Part shown: positions 1-7,944 of the stretch, piece after piece
Numbering within the stretch: position 1 is the stretch's first letter
How the letters are laid out: every line of letters starts with the position of its first letter
Assembly (NCBI GenBank): GCA_963664405.1
Contig: OY761158.1
Span: 5,792,001-5,856,000, forward strand
DNA from: Thermoanaerobaculia bacterium
GTDB taxonomy: Bacteria; Acidobacteriota; Thermoanaerobaculia; Multivoradales; Multivoraceae
Direction of reading: 5' to 3'
Length of the DNA: 64,000 bases
Program-made: the position numbers and the translations under genes
The notes under the pieces: generated by a model
The model's database searches: none
The model's input: the letters and a program-made list of their open reading frames with translations, nothing else
What the model was told of the DNA's origin: nothing

Positions 1-1779
1 CGTCAGTCCAGGCTTGGCGTGATGGTCATCGCTGGCTGCCACCACGCCCACCTCGAAGCCCGCTCTGAGGTAGCGGTTGGCAAACCACTCGAAACTGCCG
101 TGCATCGAGTAGACCTCGACCAGTCGCTCGAGATCCGCGTCGCTCCGGGTCCAATCGCCGGCCTCGTGAGCGTGCGGGATGATCAGCACGTCGTCAGGCT
201 CCCAGCCCCGGCGCAGGCCTTGGTAGAGGGCTGGGAGGCGACTGGCGTCGTGCACTGAGACCCGCGGCCCTTCGGCGCGTCGGAAGAAGACGTTGTGGTG
301 ACCGCCGCGGTTACGAAAGGCGCTCCACTCGTATCCGAGAATGGCGGTAAAGGAGCCTTCGCGGGTGAACTCACGAGTGAGCCCCTGGAGCTCTTGCCAT
401 TCTGCGTCGTGCATCCAGATGTCGTGCTCCGAAAGGGTCACGAAGTCGAGTCGCGCGTCCTCGCGCGCGTATTCGAAGAAGGACCGTGCCGAGCCCTGCC
501 CCTCGGCCATGCTGGTATGACCATGAGTGTCGCCCCAGAAGATGCGGTGTCGCGGTTCCTCTTCCACCCAGATCGGGTTGCTCCAGGCCTGGAGGCGGTC
601 GTCCGCCGAGCGGATCTCGAAGCGAGCGACCCCCGGGGCTTCTACGCTCAGTCCGTCGACGCGGGCAACGGCCTCCTTCCCGGCGCTCAGGCTAGCCACC
701 CGCTCGCCGTCGCGGAGTACCTCGTAAGCCGGTATGTCACCGCTGGAGCGGTTCATCGCCAGGTCTTCGCTGCGGACTGTCAGGGAGAAGACCTCGCCTG
801 GAGTGAGCACCGAGGGCGCCAACAACCTGACTGCGGCCACCGCCGGCCGCCCCACGATCGCGAGCTCCGGCCAATCCGAGGTCAGGAAGACTCCCGACCC
901 GTCGAGATCGACGTAGATCGGCACGATGAAGCGGTCAACACTGAAAGTCGGCACCCGAAGGCCCGGCGAGCCTTGGCCGCGATCCCCCAACGTGAAGGTC
1001 ACAACGTCGCCCGGCTCGAGCGTACCTCCGGTGACTCGAAAACCGGGCAGGTCTTGGTTGCCTCGGGTCGAACCGTGGACGCCGGTCCAGGGGATGGTGA
1101 CGGGCTCGAGGAGAACGTCGGCGCGAGAGCTCCGTGCCGATACGTAGTTGGGCGCGGTCGGGTCGCTATGTTGGAGGCGCAGCTCGTCGGCCACCCAGGT
1201 CTTTGCGACGAGGAAGGACCCGCCTGATGGCATCGCCGCCGTGCCTAGGACATAGCTCTCCTCGACAGTTACAAGGTCGCCCGAGACCAGCGCCTCGTCA
1301 GGCGAGAAAGCCAGGCGACCGAGGGCTCCTGGGTGGTCTTCCTTGAGCGCGAGCTCGCGGATGTAGGAATCGATGCGTCGGATGTGGAAGGCGAGCGGAA
1401 GGTCGAGGCCGACTGGCAGCTCGGGCTCGCCGCCGTCGTCGGCGCCCCAGCGCACCAGTGCGGCGTGGAGAGGAAGATCCACCGGAATCGCGACCCCCGC
1501 CAACCCGAGAGCGTTGGCCCAGGGCCATAGCACTTCGTTGCGGTCGAACACGTTGGCGGCGGTGGTCGGCACGGTGAGAATCTCCTCCTTCAAGAGCTCC
1601 ACCCGTGTCCGAAGCTCGTCGCTGCCCAGATCCGGGAGAAAGGTGTTGGGCTGGCAGCCGGCGAGCGCCAACGCGAAAAGAAGAGGCGGCCGTCGCCGGT
1701 TTAGGCGAGAACGAGGCGAGATCATCGAAGAGCCCAAGAAACGAGGACGCGGCGGATACGGTGATTGCTGCCTCCCCAT
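1..1779 (-). CDS. Lipoprotein with C-terminal PHP-like/DUF3604 metallohydrolase domain; runs off the left edge (start 1779 or 1725)
   Basis: Manually translated open minus frame, absent from the track because there is no stop in the window: lipobox LALAGC, then FWGDTHGHT, LDFVTLSEHD, GYEWS, GHHNVFF, IIPHAH, VAASDDHH. Confidence 0.8.
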   Translation of the reverse strand, partial: MGRQQSPYPPRPRFLGSSMISPRSRLNRRRPPLLFALALAGCQPNTFLPDLGSDELRTRVELLKEEILTVPTTAANVFDRNEVLWPWANALGLAGVAIPVDLPLHAALVRWGADDGGEPELPVGLDLPLAFHIRRIDSYIRELALKEDHPGALGRLAFSPDEALVSGDLVTVEESYVLGTAAMPSGGSFLVAKTWVADELRLQHSDPTAPNYVSARSSRADVLLEPVTIPWTGVHGSTRGNQDLPGFRVTGGTLEPGDVVTFTLGDRGQGSPGLRVPTFSVDRFIVPIYVDLDGSGVFLTSDWPELAIVGRPAVAAVRLLAPSVLTPGEVFSLTVRSEDLAMNRSSGDIPAYEVLRDGERVASLSAGKEAVARVDGLSVEAPGVARFEIRSADDRLQAWSNPIWVEEEPRHRIFWGDTHGHTSMAEGQGSARSFFEYAREDARLDFVTLSEHDIWMHDAEWQELQGLTREFTREGSFTAILGYEWSAFRNRGGHHNVFFRRAEGPRVSVHDASRLPALYQGLRRGWEPDDVLIIPHAHEAGDWTRSDADLERLVEVYSMHGSFEWFANRYLRAGFEVGVVAASDDHHAKPGLT

Positions 1780-1845
1780 GCTACATCTTGCGCGCCTCGA
1801 AGCCGATGGCGGGACGGCTCGAGCGGGCGCTATCGTTACTCGGCG

Positions 1846-2094
1846 TCAGACTGCCGGAGTGGGGCCGTTGTGGTCGACCAGGTTGGCGCGTCTGCGATAT
1901 CGCAGGAAGTAGTAGAGCGCCGCGCCGAGGATCTTGGTGAAGACGATGACCAGCGTCCAGATCAACCGGTCCTGCCCCTCTCGCGACTCCTTGTTGAGGC
2001 AGTCGACGAGCATCCAGATCCAGAAACCCACCAGGGTAAGAGCGAAGGTCGCTGCGAGAGCTGTGAGGGATGTCTCTGCTATTCCAGCCATCAC
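1846..2094 (-). CDS. Small 2-TM membrane protein, PLDc N-terminal domain-like
   Basis: FWIWMLVDCL...DRLIWTLVIVF...GAALYY pattern; AAGGAG upstream. Confidence 0.75.
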   Translation of the reverse strand: MMAGIAETSLTALAATFALTLVGFWIWMLVDCLNKESREGQDRLIWTLVIVFTKILGAALYYFLRYRRRANLVDHNGPTPAV

Positions 2095-2160
2095 TGTCGG
2101 TACCGCTCCTTTCTAGGAGGAGCTACGAGCGACGAGGCGAAGTATTCTGACCGGCTACGC

Positions 2161-4416
2161 TCAGCGAAACACGTCGATGAGCCGGCTGTATTTGAGAACC
2201 AGACTGCGGTCCGGCTTTGCCAGGGCCATAGGGCCGAACTCCTCGACCTCGTTATAGACAACGAATAGACCGGTGTTGGCAGCGCCGAGCCAGCTGAAGC
2301 GCAAGTTGGTTGAGACATCGTCGGTGACGTCGTTGTATTGGACCAGTGACTGCAGCAAGATCTTGGTGCTGAAAGCGTAGGTCAGACGGAGTCGGCCGAG
2401 GTTGGTCTTGAAATCTCCGCCCTCGAGCTCGACGTCGTTGTAAGACCAGCCGATCTCCGAGCTCAGATATTCGCCGAGACGAACTAAGAGGGTGGGGTTG
2501 ATCACCAGGTGCCTACCGTCGAAGAAGCCGCCGCCCCGGATCGTTCCACTGAGACTGACCGCTCGGCCGCGGTTGGAGTTGGCCGAGAAGAAGAAGCTGT
2601 TGTTGGGATACCTTCCCGGCGGAACGACGATCCCCTCGATGATCTCGAAGGGCTCGGTCAACCCTTCCAGCGAGCCGCCCCCGGAGAAGCTGATCCGCGC
2701 GCCGTTGCGGTACTGGAGACCGGTGCCGAGCGAGGATCTCTCGGTGACGTGGAAGCCGCCGAAACCCCAGTAGCTGTCGTAGAAAATTCGAGGTCCGAAT
2801 TCCTTTATGCGGCTGCGTTTGCTGGCTTGAACTCGACGCGACACGAAGAAGTTCAGACGCCGATAGTCCGAACGATTGACGAAGCCCACCTCCGGGTTGA
2901 AGTCGCCGCCGACCTCCGAGTATCCGCCTCGCCCTCGCCACGAAGGAGAGCTGATGTTGGTCTCGAGCCCGAAAGCGTGGTCACGCCCGTCGAGGCCCGG
3001 CGTTTCGGTCTTGGCGGCAAAGGTGGTGAGCTCTGCGTATTGACCGATCCCGAGCTGGCCGTCGACGCCGAAGGTGCGGTTGTAGTCGTTGTCCGGAGCC
3101 AGCGACCCGGTGCCCTGGCGATTGACCACGATGAGGCCCGCACGGCTCCGGTTGCGGAACTCGCGATTGATACGGCCGACGGTGAAGTTGTTGGCGTGGA
3201 GATCGCCGAAGTCGTCGGTCTGCATGTTGAGGAAACCCACATTGAGGCCTGCGGCCTTGCCGGACAACCGAACACCGCCGAGGATGGGGATCTGCTCGCC
3301 GTCGTCGAGACCGATTCGACGGCTGAAGAAGAGGTCGACATTGCCGGAGCCGGAGAAGCTTGGACCGGTCGTTCCCACCTTGAAGAGCCCGGCGTTCTCG
3401 AGGAAGAAGGGTCTTTTCTCGGGGAAGAGAAGACTGAAACGGTCGAGGTTTATCTGCTGGTCGTCCACTTCGACCTGGGCGAAATCGGTGTTGACGGTCA
3501 GGTCGAGAGTCAGGCTCGGTGTGATGCTGTATTTGAGGTCGAAACCGGCCTCGACCTCGTCCGTTTGCTCGGTCTGGCCGTCGTCACGGGCCTCGCCGAG
3601 GACGTAGGGTGTGAGCTGAAGATTGCGCTGTGTGGGCGTCTCGATTCCCACCAGAGTGCCGGCCGCCGAGACCCGAAAGAGGTTGAACTCTCGGCCGAGC
3701 GGCGCCCAGAAGGCGATCTCGCTCCTGCGACGAATGTTGCGCTCGAAGTTGATGCCCCAGGTGGAGCCGCCAGACCTGTAGCGTAGGCTGCGAAAGGGGA
3801 TGGCGATCTCTGCGCTCCATCCGTAGTCCCCTGTCTTGGTCTGAACCGTCCACGAGGTATCCCAGTCGAGGTTGGCCGTACCGAACTGGCCTGAGCCCGA
3901 GCCGCGACTACGGCGGCTCGTCCCCCCGCCACCGCGCCCTTCGTTGTTCACTTGGCCGTCGTATTGAATCCCCGCCAGGTTGGTGCCGAAGATGAAGCCG
4001 TTCTGACGATCCAGAAAGGTGTCGAGGATGATTCGGAAGCTGTCTTCTCCGCTCAGATCGGCGTCACGGCGGCTGTCGGAGACCGCCAGCAGGTTTGGCT
4101 CGGAGTCGTAGCAGACGACGGCGATATAGAGCGCCTGATCGTCGAAGCCGATCCGCACTTCGGTCTTTTCAGTGGCCGCTTCGCCTTCGAAGGGCTGGAC
4201 TTGCACGAATCCTGTCGCTACATCGACGGCCTCCCACAGCGCCTCGGAGAGGACGTCCCCGTCTACCTGGGGTGCGGTGGTCAGCCTATGCGCTCGGAGC
4301 TCGGGTCTCATGCTTTGCTGCGCCTCAGCAGCTCCGACGAGCGTCACCAGGAAGACGAGAGCCGCCGCGACGCAGGCGCGGGAGAGCTGCGCTTTGATGA
4401 TCTCGTAGTGTTGCAT
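2161..4416 (-). CDS. Carbohydrate-binding family 9-like/DUF5916 protein (paralog B)
   Basis: Signal peptide; PQVDG..W..F.Q..P..G...TE.TEV; TVNTDFAQVEVD; FPEKRPFFLE; LFFSRRIG. True start MQHYE at 4416; the track's upstream extension is spurious. Confidence 0.85.
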   Translation of the reverse strand: MQHYEIIKAQLSRACVAAALVFLVTLVGAAEAQQSMRPELRAHRLTTAPQVDGDVLSEALWEAVDVATGFVQVQPFEGEAATEKTEVRIGFDDQALYIAVVCYDSEPNLLAVSDSRRDADLSGEDSFRIILDTFLDRQNGFIFGTNLAGIQYDGQVNNEGRGGGGTSRRSRGSGSGQFGTANLDWDTSWTVQTKTGDYGWSAEIAIPFRSLRYRSGGSTWGINFERNIRRRSEIAFWAPLGREFNLFRVSAAGTLVGIETPTQRNLQLTPYVLGEARDDGQTEQTDEVEAGFDLKYSITPSLTLDLTVNTDFAQVEVDDQQINLDRFSLLFPEKRPFFLENAGLFKVGTTGPSFSGSGNVDLFFSRRIGLDDGEQIPILGGVRLSGKAAGLNVGFLNMQTDDFGDLHANNFTVGRINREFRNRSRAGLIVVNRQGTGSLAPDNDYNRTFGVDGQLGIGQYAELTTFAAKTETPGLDGRDHAFGLETNISSPSWRGRGGYSEVGGDFNPEVGFVNRSDYRRLNFFVSRRVQASKRSRIKEFGPRIFYDSYWGFGGFHVTERSSLGTGLQYRNGARISFSGGGSLEGLTEPFEIIEGIVVPPGRYPNNSFFFSANSNRGRAVSLSGTIRGGGFFDGRHLVINPTLLVRLGEYLSSEIGWSYNDVELEGGDFKTNLGRLRLTYAFSTKILLQSLVQYNDVTDDVSTNLRFSWLGAANTGLFVVYNEVEEFGPMALAKPDRSLVLKYSRLIDVFR

Positions 4417-4487
4417 TGGCGAGCGGAGGTAACCGCGGCGAGAATCATAGTCGCCAAACGAGTGGATGGTTGCTCTGGGGTAGGGAG

Positions 4488-6785
4488 TCAGCGAAACACG
4501 TCGATGAGACGGCTGTACTTGAGAACCAGGCTGCGGTCGGGTTTTGCCAGGGCCATTGGTCCGAACTCCTCGACCTCGTTGTAGACCACGAAGAGACCTG
4601 TGTTGGCTGCTCCGAGCCAACTGAAACGGAGATTGGTCGAGACATCGTCGGTGACGTCGTTGTACTGAATCAGAGACTGGACCAGAATCCTGGTCGAGAA
4701 GGCGTAGGTCAGACGGAGGCGGCCGAGGTTGGTAACGAAGGCCCCTGCCTCGAGACTGACGTCGTGGTAGGACCAGCTGATCTCTGAGCTCAGATAATCC
4801 CCGAGACGAACCGTGAGAGTCGGAGTGAGCTCGAGGTGGCTCCCGTCGAAGAATCCTCCTCCGCGGGCAACCCCGGCGAGACTGACCGCGCGGCCCGGCT
4901 TGGTGTTGACCGAAAGGAAGAAGCGATTGTTCGAATAGCTGCCGATCGGAACCACGATCCCCTCGAAGATCTCGAAGGGCTCCAGCAGACCCTCCAGCGA
5001 GCCGCCGAGCGAAAAGCTGATCCGGCCGCCGTTGCGGAACTCGACCTCGCCACCGAGCGAAGACCTCTCGGTGACGTGGAACCCGTTGAAGTCCCAGTAG
5101 CTGTCGTAGAAAATCCTCGGTCCGATCTCCTTGATGTGGCGGCTCTTGGGCCGAATGCGCTGCGAGGCGAAGAAGTTGAGACGTTGATAGTCCGAGCGAT
5201 TGATGAAGCCGACTTCGGGATTGAAGTCCGCCCCGACCTCCGAGACTCCAACCCGCCAGCGCCACGACGGCGACCCGTAGTTCGTATCGAGGCTGAAGGC
5301 ATGGTCGCGGCCCTCGAGGCCCGGTGTCTCGGTCTTGGCCGCGAAGCCGGAGAGCTCGGCATATTGGCCGAGCCCTAGCTGCCCGTCGACGCCGAAGGTG
5401 CGGTTGTAGTCGTTGTCCGGAGCCAGAGAGCCCGAGCCCTGACGGTTGACGACGATGAGACCGGCTCGGCTTCGATTGCGGAACTCGCGACTGAGGCGGC
5501 CGACGCTGAAGTTGTTGGCGTGGACCTCGCCGAAGTCGTCGGTTTGCATGGTGAGGAAGCCGACGTTCAAGCCTGCGGCCTTGCCGGATAGCCGAAGGCC
5601 GCCGAATATGGGAATCTGCTGCCCTTCGTCGAGGCCAATCCTGCGGCTGAAGAAGAGGTCGACGATGCCCGAGGTGCGGGCGCCGGAGCCGGATGAACCT
5701 ACTTTGAACAGCCCGGCGTTCTCCAGGAAGAACGGCCTCTTCTCGGGGAAGAAGAGGCTGAAGCGGTCGAGATTGATCTGTTGGTCGTCGACCTCGACTT
5801 GGGCGAAGTCGGTATTGACGGTCACGTCGAGCGTGAGGCTCGGAGTGATGCCGTACTTGAGGTCGAATCCGGCGTCGGTCTCGTCGGTGCGCTCCGTCTG
5901 CCCATCGTCGCGGCCCTCGGCCAGAACATAGGGTGTGATTTGGAGATTGCGCTGCTTGGGCGTTTCGACTCCGACCAGAGTCCCGGCTTCAGAGATGCGG
6001 AAGAAGTTGAACTCTCGACCGATCGGGGCCCAGAACGAGGTCTCGCTCTTGCGACGAATATTGCGCTCCACGTTGAGACCCCAGGTCGAGACGCCCGATC
6101 CGAAACGTAGGCTGCGAAAGGGGATGGCCATCTCGGCACTCCAACCGAGCGCGCCGGTTTTGGTTCGCACCGTCCACGAAGTGTCCCAGTCGAGATTGGC
6201 GACGCCCGCTTCCCGAGAGCCGAAGCTCCCGCCACGACGGCTCGTTCCCCCGCCCCCGCGTCCTTCGTTGGTCACCTGGCCGTCGTACTGGATACCCGCC
6301 AGATTGGTACCGAAGACGAAGGCGTTCTGACCGTCATGAAAAGTGTCCAGAACGATCCTAAAGCTGTCTTCCCCCGCCAGGTCCGCATCGCGACGGCTGT
6401 CTGAGACGGCGAGTAGACCGGGCTCGGAGTCGTAGCAGACGACGGCGATATAGAGCGCCTGATCGTCGAAGGCGACTCGCACTTCGGTCTTCTCGGTAGC
6501 TTCCTCGCCTTCGAAGGGCTGGACCTGTACGAATCCTGTCGCTACATCGACTGCCTGCCACAGCACCTCGGAGAGGACCTCTCCGTCCACCTGGGGTGCC
6601 GTGGCCAGTCGATGCGCACGGAGCTCGGGTCGCGGGCTCGGCTGCTGTGCATCAGCGTTGCCGACGAGCGTCGCCAAAACGACCAGGGCCAAGGCGACGC
6701 CGGGTCGATCGGGTAGTGGGCTGATGAGCTTGCGAGGTTGCACGACTGGGGGGGGTATTGCCGCCGCGGGAATCACATTCGCCAT
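4488..6785 (-). CDS. Carbohydrate-binding family 9-like/DUF5916 protein (paralog A)
   Basis: Same motifs as paralog B; near-identical C-terminus; start approximate. Confidence 0.85.
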   Translation of the reverse strand: MANVIPAAAIPPPVVQPRKLISPLPDRPGVALALVVLATLVGNADAQQPSPRPELRAHRLATAPQVDGEVLSEVLWQAVDVATGFVQVQPFEGEEATEKTEVRVAFDDQALYIAVVCYDSEPGLLAVSDSRRDADLAGEDSFRIVLDTFHDGQNAFVFGTNLAGIQYDGQVTNEGRGGGGTSRRGGSFGSREAGVANLDWDTSWTVRTKTGALGWSAEMAIPFRSLRFGSGVSTWGLNVERNIRRKSETSFWAPIGREFNFFRISEAGTLVGVETPKQRNLQITPYVLAEGRDDGQTERTDETDAGFDLKYGITPSLTLDVTVNTDFAQVEVDDQQINLDRFSLFFPEKRPFFLENAGLFKVGSSGSGARTSGIVDLFFSRRIGLDEGQQIPIFGGLRLSGKAAGLNVGFLTMQTDDFGEVHANNFSVGRLSREFRNRSRAGLIVVNRQGSGSLAPDNDYNRTFGVDGQLGLGQYAELSGFAAKTETPGLEGRDHAFSLDTNYGSPSWRWRVGVSEVGADFNPEVGFINRSDYQRLNFFASQRIRPKSRHIKEIGPRIFYDSYWDFNGFHVTERSSLGGEVEFRNGGRISFSLGGSLEGLLEPFEIFEGIVVPIGSYSNNRFFLSVNTKPGRAVSLAGVARGGGFFDGSHLELTPTLTVRLGDYLSSEISWSYHDVSLEAGAFVTNLGRLRLTYAFSTRILVQSLIQYNDVTDDVSTNLRFSWLGAANTGLFVVYNEVEEFGPMALAKPDRSLVLKYSRLIDVFR

Positions 6786-6817
6786 TCACGCCGGCCACTA
6801 CCACGTAGACCCGCGTT

Positions 6818-7789
6818 TCAGAACATCGCGACGGGGTTGGCGGGGCTGCCTGTGCCGCGAGCGACCTTGAGCGGGAGCGCCATGAACATGAACTCGTAGC
6901 GCTCCTCCTCGGCGCAGGCATTGGCGAGCGGCTCGAGCAGCGCATTGTCGAGCAGGCCGACGCCGAAGTTGAAGAGGACTCCGTGCACTGGAAAAGTCAG
7001 ACCGTAGTCGTTCGGTCGCTCATCCATCATGTCCCAGCCGAGCAGCGATACGTCGTGATCGCGAATGAATTTCGCGCAGCTGACATGCAGGCCCGGTCGT
7101 GGCTCTGGCCCCCAGGTGCCTTCGCGCCGTTGGAACTCCTCGCGGCCACTGTGAACCAGGAGTGCATCGCCGGGCTCCAGCTCGACCCCCTGCGCGCGAG
7201 CGACCTCCTCGAGCTCCCAGCCGTGGACCGGCTTCTCGCGAGTGACGTGAGGCTCGCCGCGGTGGCGTGGCACGTCGAGGAGCACGCCGCGGGTGATGAT
7301 CCCGCCGCTCCAGGCGGTGATGTTGCCGAAGTGAGCGCCCGCCGTATCGATCTCCTTTTCGGCGTCACGACCCTGCCACATTCCGTCCGTATCCCACATA
7401 TGACACAGCGCGTCGATATGGGTGATCGTCAGGCCGTGATAGATGAAGCCGTAGTAGTCGACCACGGCGCCCGAGCCGCCGTCGCGGTTGTTCTTGCGGA
7501 TGAAGTGTTGCTCCGGTTCGAAGACTCGGCTCATCGAGACGGTGCGACCGTTGCTCACCAGCGCTGCCGCCTTGATCCGCTTCTCGGCGGTGATGAGGTT
7601 CATCGCCCCCATCTCGTCGTCCGCGCCCCAGCGTCCCCAGTTGCGACGTTCGCTGTATAGGGAGTCGACTTCGGCTTGAGTGGGAAGGCGGCGGCTTGAT
7701 TCCTGTGCTCTCAGGACCGGCTGGACCAGCGCGACTCCGCCGCTGATCGCCGCCGCGTTGCTTAGGAACTTTCTTCGTGTTGTCGTCAT
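6818..7789 (-). CDS. Tat-exported cyclase family (kynurenine formamidase-like) metallohydrolase
   Basis: TRRKFL Tat motif; NWGRWG..DE.G..N; HGLTITHIDALCH; GTGSPANP; RBS GGAGGG. Confidence 0.85.
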   Translation of the reverse strand: MTTTRRKFLSNAAAISGGVALVQPVLRAQESSRRLPTQAEVDSLYSERRNWGRWGADDEMGAMNLITAEKRIKAAALVSNGRTVSMSRVFEPEQHFIRKNNRDGGSGAVVDYYGFIYHGLTITHIDALCHMWDTDGMWQGRDAEKEIDTAGAHFGNITAWSGGIITRGVLLDVPRHRGEPHVTREKPVHGWELEEVARAQGVELEPGDALLVHSGREEFQRREGTWGPEPRPGLHVSCAKFIRDHDVSLLGWDMMDERPNDYGLTFPVHGVLFNFGVGLLDNALLEPLANACAEEERYEFMFMALPLKVARGTGSPANPVAMF

Positions 7790-7944
7790 GGTATTCCCTC
7801 CCATTGAAGGCGGGCCTGAATCCTCTCTTCCGCGATTTCCAGCTGCAGGTGATCGAGCTCAGAGATTATCAAGAGTGCGTTTTTCGGCCGAGCTGGTTGG
7901 CGCCGAGGTAGGATCGAGGCGCTGAAAGGAGTCTCAATCTTTTC

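Noticed and set aside
295-1227. Plus-strand 310-aa ORF and similar long antisense ORFs (e.g. 2509-3786, 9214-10710, 32467-33756)
   Set aside because: Shadow ORFs opposite real genes in high-GC DNA
4417-5265. N-terminal extension of the 1034-aa ORF
   Set aside because: Alternative-frame overlap with the upstream paralog; the signal peptide starts at 4416
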